Origin: Patescibacteria group bacterium
GTDB lineage: Bacteria; Patescibacteriota; UBA1384; UBA12157; JAENIV01
Reading direction: 5' to 3'
DNA: 64,000 nucleotides
Assembly (NCBI GenBank): GCA_049515915.1
Contig: JBEKTP010000002.1
Location: 36,524-100,523, forward strand
The notes beneath the pieces were generated by a model. The model made no database searches and was not told where the DNA came from. It saw only the letters and a list, made by a program, of their open reading frames with translations. A program made the position numbers and the translations under genes. This document shows, one piece after another, positions 1 to 8,397 of the stretch. How positions within the stretch are numbered: the first letter of the stretch is position 1; each line of letters opens with the position of its first letter.

Positions 1-336
1 CATCAAGAATTTAACGGATCATCGAGTTCGGAAATTAACGCTGGTAATATGTTACAATGGTCGGACGATGATTTGAAAATGAAATTCGGTGTTCTGGCGG
101 CTTATCACCTGCCCGGCGTAGGCCAAACGGATCTCAAAGCCGCCGGCAATTCGGTTGATATTTTCCGCCTCGTTTTAGACCACTATTTCGGCTACAATTT
201 ACCTTATTTACCCGAATGCTATTATGCTTATCCGAACGGACGCGTCCAACCCTTCCGCTACGAAAATATTAACGTTCAACTAACTGGCCAAGCCAATTCC
301 GTTTGTCCGGCCAATAGTGATTTTAATTCTCATTAA
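1..336 (+). CDS. C-terminal fragment of an unidentified protein; ORF is open from the window start
   Basis: Frame 1 has no stop between nt 1 and the stop at 334-336; product not recognised. Confidence 0.4.
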   Translation, partial: HQEFNGSSSSEINAGNMLQWSDDDLKMKFGVLAAYHLPGVGQTDLKAAGNSVDIFRLVLDHYFGYNLPYLPECYYAYPNGRVQPFRYENINVQLTGQANSVCPANSDFNSH

Positions 337-341
337 TTAAT

Positions 342-566
342 TTATTTCTTTCGCAGAAGTTCGATTTCTAAGATGATATAACCGATTCCTAAAATCACCA
401 CTCCGCCCATAACTTTGAAAAACGGAAAAGCCAATGTCGTGCCTAAACCAAAGGCCGTAATCAGCCACGACGCCAGGCCAATAGCGCAGACAATCGCGCC
501 GAATAAAATCAAAGCCAAACCAACCCCCAAAAAAGAGATTTTGTTGTAATCTCTTTTGCTAAACAT
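342..566 (-). CDS. small membrane protein (two hydrophobic helices), unknown function
   Basis: 74-aa ORF, strongly hydrophobic with G/A-rich helices. Confidence 0.4.
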   Translation of the reverse strand: MFSKRDYNKISFLGVGLALILFGAIVCAIGLASWLITAFGLGTTLAFPFFKVMGGVVILGIGYIILEIELLRKK

Positions 567-647
567 TTTTGCCTCCTTACTAAATCAAAATATTTCGAAT
601 GCTTCTTTTATTTATTATATCCGATTTTCCTTTCAAATCTCAAATTT

Positions 648-713
648 TTTTAAAACAAAAAAGAGGCAGTTCTTAAAGCGGACTAAATAGAATTACCACC
701 TTAGAGAACTGCC
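648..713 (-). terminator. rho-independent terminator for the 725..1030 gene
   Basis: Perfect 9-bp stem GGCAGTTCT/AGAACTGCC (665-713) followed on the minus strand by TCTTTTTTGTTTTA. Confidence 0.5.
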
Positions 714-724
714 CCTTTGGCTGT

Positions 725-1030
725 TTACTCTTCTTCCTTTTCTTTGCCATGCCAGCCATGCATGCCGTGCTTTTCTTTCCAATCCATTTTCATATCGCTC
801 TCGATTGCCATATCAAGCATCTTCTTTAAAACCTCTTTAACTTTGGCCTCTTCCATCCCCTTTTCTTTGAGCGAGTGTTTGACTTTGGCGATGCCAAACA
901 TTATTTTTTTGGCACCCCACATCACATGCTCATCAACCATATCCTTGTCGAGCCCCAGCTCTTTCCACTTCTTCATCATTTCTTCTTTAGCTTTTTCGTC
1001 CATCATTTTAATCACCTCCCTTCTTAGCAA
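725..1030 (-). CDS. small K/E-rich hypothetical protein with a His/Trp/Gly C-terminal tail
   Basis: 101-aa ORF; the opposite-strand ORF 717..1037 is low-complexity; terminator lies downstream. Confidence 0.4.
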   Translation of the reverse strand: MLRREVIKMMDEKAKEEMMKKWKELGLDKDMVDEHVMWGAKKIMFGIAKVKHSLKEKGMEEAKVKEVLKKMLDMAIESDMKMDWKEKHGMHGWHGKEKEEE

Positions 1031-1107
1031 AATGTAATACGAGACTTTAGTGAAACTTCTTTCATTGAGGTCTTGGCAACAACTTTAAGACACGTTAAAA
1101 TTAAGAA

Positions 1108-2331
1108 GTGTTAAACATCAAAAATTATAATCTCAGAAGTAGTAGCGGCCGATCTCGAAAGCGGTTTACCTGGCCATTGATAATTCTCCTGCTTATTGCC
1201 TATATCGTGGTTGTTTTATTTTTGCCGCTTCCAAAATTAACTGCTCAAGGGGCCAATATCCCGCTCCCGGTTTCTTATCAAGCCTCTATTTCTTGGCCCG
1301 CCTATGGCCAAGCGGCCGTGGGCGCTCAAAATTACGGCGTTTTAGCCACGCACGGCAAGCAGGTCGGCACTCCGATTGCTAGCATCGCCAAAACGATGGT
1401 CGCTTTGGCGGTTTTAAAACAAAAACCGCTCAAACTTGACGAGCAAGGCCCTTCCGTCACAATGACAGCGAATGACGTGAAACTTTACTCGGCCGCTTTA
1501 GCTCAAAATGGCTCGGTCGTACCCGTTCAACTGGGCGAGAGCTTAACTGAATACCAACTCCTCCAGGCCCTGCTTGTTCCTTCAGGCGATAACATTGCCG
1601 ACTCTTTAGCCGATTGGGCCTACGGCTCGACAACTAATTATCTAAGTTTTGCTAATGAGCAGGTTGCCCAGTGGGGATTGAAAAACACCCATTTTGCCGA
1701 TGCGAGCGGCCTTTCCGCCCAAACGGTCAGCTCGGCCGAAGACTTGGTCATCTTAGGCGAAAAAATCCTCGCCGAACCGGTTTTAGCCCAGATCGTCAGC
1801 CAAGCCCAAGTGACTTTACCGATTATTGGGACGGCGCGAAATTATAATAGTATTTTAGGTCAGGAAAATATTATCGGCATTAAAACCGGTAATACGAACG
1901 AAGCCGGTGGTTGTTTTCTTTTTGCCGCCAAAACAAGTATCAACAACGAAGACGTGACGCTGATCGGAGCGATCTTAGATGCCACCAGTCGAAACCAAGC
2001 ATTGGCCGACACTAAAACTTTTTTGCGCACTAACGCCGGGAGCTTTCAGTTGGCCACCACCGTCTTGGCCGGTCAGGAAGTTGGTTCCTATCAGACGCCT
2101 TGGGGTAAAGAGATAAAGGTTACCGCCAAAAGCGACCTCTCAATCCTGACACTGGCGGGCGAACCGCTTTCGGTAAAAGCCAATTTCAACCCCATCACGA
2201 AAGCAACTAAAAAAGGAACAATAGTTGGCACAATTACCGCCACTTCAGGAGAAGCGACCGCCACGGTGCCAGCTGTGCTGGAAAGTACAATCTCCCGCCC
2301 ACCATTCTTTTGGCGTCTCTTTCATCCTTAA
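1108..2331 (+). CDS. dacA: D-alanyl-D-alanine carboxypeptidase (peptidase S11, PBP5/6-like)
   Basis: SxxK (ASIAKT), SGDN and KTGNT motifs in order; N-terminal membrane anchor. Confidence 0.8.
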   Translation: MLNIKNYNLRSSSGRSRKRFTWPLIILLLIAYIVVVLFLPLPKLTAQGANIPLPVSYQASISWPAYGQAAVGAQNYGVLATHGKQVGTPIASIAKTMVALAVLKQKPLKLDEQGPSVTMTANDVKLYSAALAQNGSVVPVQLGESLTEYQLLQALLVPSGDNIADSLADWAYGSTTNYLSFANEQVAQWGLKNTHFADASGLSAQTVSSAEDLVILGEKILAEPVLAQIVSQAQVTLPIIGTARNYNSILGQENIIGIKTGNTNEAGGCFLFAAKTSINNEDVTLIGAILDATSRNQALADTKTFLRTNAGSFQLATTVLAGQEVGSYQTPWGKEIKVTAKSDLSILTLAGEPLSVKANFNPITKATKKGTIVGTITATSGEATATVPAVLESTISRPPFFWRLFHP

Positions 2332-2373
2332 AATAATTTTCTCCACTTGTGATATAATTATAGATAGAAACCT

Positions 2374-3942
2374 TTGGAAGGGGCCATGTCATATCTCAAA
2401 CGCTTGGGCAAAGCCGATTTACACATCCATAGTAATTATTCCGACGCCAAAATGTCCGTCTCGGACATTTTAAATTACGCCGAAAATAAAACCGATCTTG
2501 ATATTATCGCCATCACCGACCACAACACGATTTCGGGCGCTCAAAATGCTCAAAAGATTGCTCTTGAAAAGAATCTACGGGTCAAAGTTATTGTGGGCGA
2601 AGAAATAAGTTGTCGAGAAGGCCACATTGTGGCCTTATTTTTAAAAAAAGAAATTCCTAAAGGATTAAGCCTTGATGAAGCAATTATGCGAATTAAAAAA
2701 CAAGGCGGCCTTGCAATCGCCCCTCATCCATTTTTCCGCACTCCACTTAAAGAAGATCATACAATTTTGATGAACGGAATCGGTTTAGAAAAACTGCTGA
2801 AGTTTAAGACTAAATTTGACGCCGTCGAGATAGCGAACGCCAATTTAGTTCTCGGAAAATCAAACCTTAAAGCGCAGCTTTTTAATCACCTCTTCATCCG
2901 TCAAAGCGAGCTCGGTTCTAGTGACGCTCATATAGTTGAGGCCATCGGCAAAAGTTTCACCGCTTTTGAAGGAAAAAGCCTTATCCGTCTTAAAAACGCC
3001 CTCAAAAACCATCAGACCGTCGCCTGCTCTAACCGATGGAAGATGGTAAATTTGTTCAAATACGGCTTTCTATTTTTACCGACCACTCTGATGTTATTTT
3101 CACGCATGCTGAACCGAAATTTCGTCGATTCAATTTTTAAAATTTCGGCCGTCACTCACCTCTTCACTCTCTTTTTGCTCCGCCAATTTAAAAATTTAGC
3201 CGTTTTATATCGATACAATCGCTTAAAATTTGCGGCCGCCAGTTTTTTGTTTTTAATTTTCGCTATCATTGCCATCTTTTCACCAAACGCTAAATTCCAA
3301 CTCGACCGCTCAACCGATTATCTTCAAGGAATCGGCGCTAATATCATTAAGGTTCACGCCGCTTCTGGCCTGGCCAAAGTCAAGCACGCCGAAATTTATA
3401 TTAATCCGCTGGATAATGAAATGGCCATCTTGATCGGGATTTTACTTTTTCTTATTATTATTTCGCTGAATCCCGAACCGCTCAACGGGTTAGGACAAGA
3501 CGCGCTCGCCGGGCCAAAAAGAATAACTTTGATGTTGGAAAAAAACCCAAGAAACAGACACATCCAAAAAATATTAAAGCTTTTAAAGCAAGAAAACGTC
3601 AAAGGTGTCGCCTACCATCGCTGTTTAACCTTGCCTTTTACCAATCGGCGAAAAGTCACTCAACTTATCAGTGTCGATGAAGCCGGCTGGCGGTTGATTT
3701 TGTGGGATATGGAGAAAAGTCCCAAAAATTTAAAACCAGAAGTTTTGGCCGAAAAAGTTTTAGACAATATAAGATTTAATTCAATTTTGGTGCTTCATCC
3801 CGGCTTAGATGAGAATCATCAGTCACTTGAGGCACTTAAAATAATCATCCAAGAACTCAAAAAACAAGGTTATCAATTCACTCATTCTGCCGATTTTATA
3901 TCGTTTAATCCATTCAAAACGGCCGAAAGTCTTAACTCTTAA
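2374..3942 (+). CDS. PHP-domain phosphoesterase fused to a polytopic membrane segment and a C-terminal polysaccharide-deacetylase-like region
   Basis: N-terminal DLHIHSNYSD...AITDHN PHP motifs; central hydrophobic helices; C-terminal VLHPGLDEN...ELKKQGYQF resembles the end of NodB-type deacetylases. Confidence 0.55.
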   Translation: MEGAMSYLKRLGKADLHIHSNYSDAKMSVSDILNYAENKTDLDIIAITDHNTISGAQNAQKIALEKNLRVKVIVGEEISCREGHIVALFLKKEIPKGLSLDEAIMRIKKQGGLAIAPHPFFRTPLKEDHTILMNGIGLEKLLKFKTKFDAVEIANANLVLGKSNLKAQLFNHLFIRQSELGSSDAHIVEAIGKSFTAFEGKSLIRLKNALKNHQTVACSNRWKMVNLFKYGFLFLPTTLMLFSRMLNRNFVDSIFKISAVTHLFTLFLLRQFKNLAVLYRYNRLKFAAASFLFLIFAIIAIFSPNAKFQLDRSTDYLQGIGANIIKVHAASGLAKVKHAEIYINPLDNEMAILIGILLFLIIISLNPEPLNGLGQDALAGPKRITLMLEKNPRNRHIQKILKLLKQENVKGVAYHRCLTLPFTNRRKVTQLISVDEAGWRLILWDMEKSPKNLKPEVLAEKVLDNIRFNSILVLHPGLDENHQSLEALKIIIQELKKQGYQFTHSADFISFNPFKTAESLNS

Positions 3943-5728
3943 TTTCTTTGACCGCCAAGAGCTCGTTAAAGCCAAGATTGGAAAGTATTTTCCCCCTAAG
4001 AATGGGGATTTTTAGTTGGCTTTGATAAACGCCTACCGCTTGAGATTTTACCTTGAGTGCATTTTCATCGAGGGGAAATTTTTGCCAGTCGCCGGCGCGA
4101 CGAGAAGAAATAGCCCAAATCAAATAACGATAAACTTTTCCTGGGAAATTCTCATTTACTAGAATTTGTTCCACTACTTGGCTCGTCATCCGATGATCGG
4201 GGTGCAGGTCGTGCGGATGAGGACAAAGGACAATATCGGGCGAGAACTTCTCGATCAATTCTTGAAAACTTTTTCTGAGACCGTCTCGAGCAAATCTCAA
4301 CCGACCGTCTCGATAATTTAAAAAAAATAAATCGGATTCTTTGACACCAAGATGGCTCGTCGCCTGACGAAACTCCCGAAAGCGCCGATCTTTTTGGTGA
4401 AGCATATTGCCGTCGGTGACCAAAACAATTTTTACTTTTGCTCCGGCTTTCACCGATTCATAAATAAAACCGCCCGCCCCGATTGATTCATCATCAGGAT
4501 GAGGGGCAAAAACTAAAACTTTTTCGTTTTTCCGCGGGAGGGCAATATCTCGATTGAGAGCCAGATGTTTTTTGACCAATCCAGCAAAGCAGACTTCAGT
4601 TTGACTTAAAACGTTCTTGATGCTATGTTTGGCCGCCAATTTTAACGAGGACTCGCCCATTTTTTTTCTGAGCTCGTCGTTTGATAAAATTCGGATAATT
4701 TTTTCGGCTAAATCATGGCTCTTTTTACTCTCAAAGAGCAAACCATTTTTTTGATCAAGAATTAATTCCGGCAAAGCGCCAGCGTTGGCCCCGACAATCG
4801 GCAAACCGACGGCCATCGCTTCCAGTGTCACTTTACTTTGAGTCTCATAACCGGCCGGGATGACAAACAAGGACGCCGCTTGATAAAGACGCGGCAAATC
4901 GCTCGAGTTAAACGGCACAAAACCTAAGAAGCTGACCTCTCTTTTCAGATTTTTCTTGGTCGCTAACTTTTTTAGATGCTTTAAATCTTGACCTTGACCC
5001 ACGATGGCAAAATGGACGTCAATTTTTTGGAGAACTATTGGCACCGCCTCAATCAAAGTCGTGAGGTTTTTATCAGCGTCAATCCGCCCAGTAAATAAAA
5101 TTAAGGGTTTTTGAGGGAGATGATATTTCGAGAAAATCTTGTTCGAATCCGTTTTAGCGGGCGAAAATCGCTTAGTGTCCACCCCGTTAGAGATAACTTC
5201 AATCGGTTGGCAGATTCCCCAAGATTGAAGGTCTTTTTTGACCGTTTCACTCGGGCATAAAATCAAATCGCAATGACTATAGAAACTTTTAAGATATTTT
5301 TTAACCACCAATCTTATGGGCGGGTGAAAAGCCCAAAGCCGTCGAACATAAGTTAAAAGAAAATCTAAATTGAAATGAACTGTCGCCACGATTGGAATGT
5401 TTTCTTTTTGAGCTGATTTTAAAAGACCGGTGCCGATATGGAGTGGATCATGAATATGGATGAGATCAGGTTTGATTTTTCTAACCGCTAAAAGAATTGA
5501 TTTCTTACTTCCCTTAGCCACCAATAAATCTTGCCGAAATAGATACGGGCTCGAGCGAAAGCGAACCACTTTAAATTTGAATTGGTCATCTCGCGCGGCT
5601 GGATTTTCAGGCGCAAAAACAAAAACCTCATGGCCTTTCGCGGAAAGATCGCCGGCTAAAGTTTCGGCCGCTAAAGCTACCCCCGAAACAAACGGGGCAA
5701 ATTGATCCGAGCCAATTATTATCTTCAT
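3932..5728 (-). CDS. bifunctional GT4 glycosyltransferase / LmbE (PIG-L) family N-acetylglucosaminyl deacetylase fusion
   Basis: N-terminal GT-B GT4 fold; C-terminal KVLVFAPHPDDESIGAGG PIG-L signature; 598 aa. Confidence 0.7.
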   Translation of the reverse strand: MKIIIGSDQFAPFVSGVALAAETLAGDLSAKGHEVFVFAPENPAARDDQFKFKVVRFRSSPYLFRQDLLVAKGSKKSILLAVRKIKPDLIHIHDPLHIGTGLLKSAQKENIPIVATVHFNLDFLLTYVRRLWAFHPPIRLVVKKYLKSFYSHCDLILCPSETVKKDLQSWGICQPIEVISNGVDTKRFSPAKTDSNKIFSKYHLPQKPLILFTGRIDADKNLTTLIEAVPIVLQKIDVHFAIVGQGQDLKHLKKLATKKNLKREVSFLGFVPFNSSDLPRLYQAASLFVIPAGYETQSKVTLEAMAVGLPIVGANAGALPELILDQKNGLLFESKKSHDLAEKIIRILSNDELRKKMGESSLKLAAKHSIKNVLSQTEVCFAGLVKKHLALNRDIALPRKNEKVLVFAPHPDDESIGAGGFIYESVKAGAKVKIVLVTDGNMLHQKDRRFREFRQATSHLGVKESDLFFLNYRDGRLRFARDGLRKSFQELIEKFSPDIVLCPHPHDLHPDHRMTSQVVEQILVNENFPGKVYRYLIWAISSRRAGDWQKFPLDENALKVKSQAVGVYQSQLKIPILRGKILSNLGFNELLAVKEIKS

Positions 5729-6717
5729 GCCAGTCTGAGAACCTTTTTATATTCAAGCAATGTTTTTTTGGCAATCGAAATCACGCTTTTTTCAGCGGCC
5801 AATTTCCTAGCATTTCTACCCAAACAGTCTCTTAATTTTTTATCTTTAATCAACCGCGTCAGATATCTTTCAAATTCGCGTTCATTTTTGGCTTTCAGAC
5901 AATTTTGGCCATGAACCAGCCATCCCTTATAGACCGGAATATCGCGCACTAAAATCGGCAAGCCGTAGGCAGCGGCCTCCACGACCGCCATCCCTTCATT
6001 TTCCTCAACAGACGGAAAAACAAAAATATCTAAACTGTTGAAGGCCTCGTCAATATGTTCGACATAGCCAGTAAATCTAATATTTTGAGGCAATTTTTTC
6101 GCGGAATTTTTAATCAAGGCGCCGCTAAGACTAAAAAGTCGCCCAAACCAGAGAAAGTTATTTCGGGGAAATTTCTCAGCTAAGTGGACAAAAGTATTGA
6201 CCCCTTTGCGCGGCATAACCAAGCCGACGGTCCCAACGACCACACCGCCATTTAATTTAAACTTCTTTTTGCCGGCCATGGCTTTGGCTTCGTCTTTGAA
6301 GTGTTTTGCCAAATCAACGGCGTTAGTGTGGACAACAATTTTTTCGGCCGGCAAACCATAACTTATCAGGATGGATTTGGTGTATTCGGTCGGTGAAAAA
6401 ATCAGGTCGGCTGAGCCATAAACATAAGTTAGATATTTTCTAAAAAATGGGATGACAAAAGGGATAGCTTTAAACATTTGGGCGGTATCTTCGACGGTTG
6501 TATGAGACCAAATAACAACTTTTTTACCCTGGCGCTTAGCTTTTTTCATCAAAAAAAGTGAGCGCGGCCAAGGCGAATTAAGCTGCAAAATATCGCACGA
6601 TTCATTATATCGAGTTGTAAAAGGAATACCTAACCTCTTCAAAATCACCTTCTGATTTTTATAAGAAGAAAGAATACCGCCGGAATGATAAAATTCTAAA
6701 TAAAGACAAATCTTCAT
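5725..6717 (-). CDS. glycosyltransferase family 4 (GT1/GT4 fold)
   Basis: EGMAVVEAAAYGLPILV E-x7-E motif; likely start is the ATG at 6717 (MKICLYLEF), abutting the DedA stop. Confidence 0.75.
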   Translation of the reverse strand: MKICLYLEFYHSGGILSSYKNQKVILKRLGIPFTTRYNESCDILQLNSPWPRSLFLMKKAKRQGKKVVIWSHTTVEDTAQMFKAIPFVIPFFRKYLTYVYGSADLIFSPTEYTKSILISYGLPAEKIVVHTNAVDLAKHFKDEAKAMAGKKKFKLNGGVVVGTVGLVMPRKGVNTFVHLAEKFPRNNFLWFGRLFSLSGALIKNSAKKLPQNIRFTGYVEHIDEAFNSLDIFVFPSVEENEGMAVVEAAAYGLPILVRDIPVYKGWLVHGQNCLKAKNEREFERYLTRLIKDKKLRDCLGRNARKLAAEKSVISIAKKTLLEYKKVLRLA

Positions 6718-7304
6718 CGGGAATTTTTCGATTTTACTCTTCTTGTTATCCAAATATAAACCAAAATGCCTAAAATGACCAGCCCCGCGACAGCCCAAGA
6801 TAAATCATGTGAATATCGGCTTAACCTTAAATAAAGTTGGGCAAAATAAAATCCAACCAAGAGAAAGAAAAGGGTTTTTGGCACGGTGGCCAAAAAATTA
6901 TACCAGATAAAATCCCAGAGCGGCATGGCCGCCATACCAGCGGCGACCAGAATCGGCCCGCCGACCGCCTGAGTCAGTTTACCAATAATTAAAGTGCGCG
7001 CTCCCTGATTACCAAAATGACTTTCGAGACGGTCGATTCGACTTTCCGTCAGACCAATCCACCGCCCCCATTTTTTCACAAATACCCGTCCGCCATAACG
7101 CCCGAAGGCGTAGTAAATGATGTCACCGACTAAATCAGCAAAGATAATGATGGGCAAAGCAATAAAAAAATTAAAAACACCAACCGAGGCAAGCGAGCCC
7201 GCCACTACCGTCACGATCGGCCCGGCCACCACCATCAAGGGGAATAAAATATAATATCGAAAGTGGACCAGCCACTGGGCAATTTGTGGTTCGGAAAAAT
7301 GCAT
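6714..7304 (-). CDS. DedA / SNARE-associated family membrane protein
   Basis: Multi-TM protein with GRYGGR...VGFYFAQ DedA-type motifs. Confidence 0.65.
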   Translation of the reverse strand: MHFSEPQIAQWLVHFRYYILFPLMVVAGPIVTVVAGSLASVGVFNFFIALPIIIFADLVGDIIYYAFGRYGGRVFVKKWGRWIGLTESRIDRLESHFGNQGARTLIIGKLTQAVGGPILVAAGMAAMPLWDFIWYNFLATVPKTLFFLLVGFYFAQLYLRLSRYSHDLSWAVAGLVILGILVYIWITRRVKSKNSR

Positions 7305-7435
7305 TGGCTCCTATCAAAAAGGATTTTGGCCTGGGTTTTTTGCGCCTCGTGATTAAATTATATCAAGGCCTGAAAAAAGTTTCAAACTTATTTGACGATT
7401 GTTACCAGCCAGACGACAATTTTTCAAAGGAAAGG

Positions 7436-7954
7436 TTAAGTCGAGGTGCCATTCGAGTTAGAACTGTTAGTACTTCCACTACCATTAAATCCGCCCGAGC
7501 CCGGGCTAAAGTTTGTCGGTCGCTGAAACTGACCGATAATAATCATCCGCGGCGTAATATCACTTGAAGTAGTGTCGCTCGCCATGACATTGATTTCATC
7601 TCCGACCTTAAGATCAGAAAGTGATAGCTGAGTCATCTGACCATTTTGTTGTTCCATAATTCGAGTCGAAGAGGAAATGTCGATATTTTTAGTTGAACCA
7701 TCGTCGGCTTTCATAACGATCGTTTGGCCATTGAGCGCGGTAATATTGCCGTGTAAAGGTTTAAAATTGTCCCGACTGCCGCCAAAGCGTCTTGAACCGC
7801 TCGATCCACTCTGGCTACCGCTATTGGCGGAAGCTTGTTGATTACTCGATTTTGAGGATTTGAATAATTCATAGCCGCCGAAAATTGCCGCGAGGATCAC
7901 GACAAAAATTAAAATTAAATAAGGCAGGTTCTTTTTAAAATCTTTTTTGCCCAT
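7436..7954 (-). CDS. membrane-anchored or secreted S/G/N-rich hypothetical protein
   Basis: N-terminal TM helix and low-complexity S/G tracts; ATG at 7954 or 7978. Confidence 0.45.
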   Translation of the reverse strand: MGKKDFKKNLPYLILIFVVILAAIFGGYELFKSSKSSNQQASANSGSQSGSSGSRRFGGSRDNFKPLHGNITALNGQTIVMKADDGSTKNIDISSSTRIMEQQNGQMTQLSLSDLKVGDEINVMASDTTSSDITPRMIIIGQFQRPTNFSPGSGGFNGSGSTNSSNSNGTST

Positions 7955-8071
7955 AAATCTTTCTTTAATATTAATCAAAAAATCTGGGTTAAATGTAACC
8001 CTATTTATAGATACGCTAATTAAGTTAAAAATATTTCAAAGAGTGGCTATGAACCCAAATATCTAGCTCGT

Positions 8072-8239
8072 TTAATAATTTTGGCCGATTTTATAGCCAA
8101 TATAGACACCCAAAAGAGCCCCGACGGTGCCGGTCAAAACTGAAGTGATTGAAAGCGAACTGACACCGAAAATAAGCGGCAGATAACCACCCACAAAAGA
8201 GCCGACAATCATCCCGACGCCAATAAATAACTTCTGCAT
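8072..8239 (-). CDS. GlsB/YeaQ/YmgE-family small membrane protein (transglycosylase-associated protein-like)
   Basis: 55-aa ORF absent from the track (MQKLFIGVGMIVGSFVGGYLPLIFG...); Gly-zipper helices typical of the family. Confidence 0.45.
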   Translation of the reverse strand: MQKLFIGVGMIVGSFVGGYLPLIFGVSSLSITSVLTGTVGALLGVYIGYKIGQNY

Positions 8240-8397
8240 AGTTCTATTCTATCATTAAATCTCTAAGCTTTTTTGATGGCTCCCCGACAATTCAAAATTT
8301 ATAGACCTACTAAACGATTATGAATACTGGAGGATAGTGAAGAGAAAGATGGCAGTGTTGCAATGGGCATAGAATTACTTATAATGCAAAATTAATT

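Noticed and set aside
717-1037. Plus-strand 106-aa ORF antisense to the 725..1030 gene
   Set aside because: Ser/Ile/Phe low-complexity translation typical of an off-frame antisense read; the minus-strand ORF has a protein-like composition and a downstream terminator.
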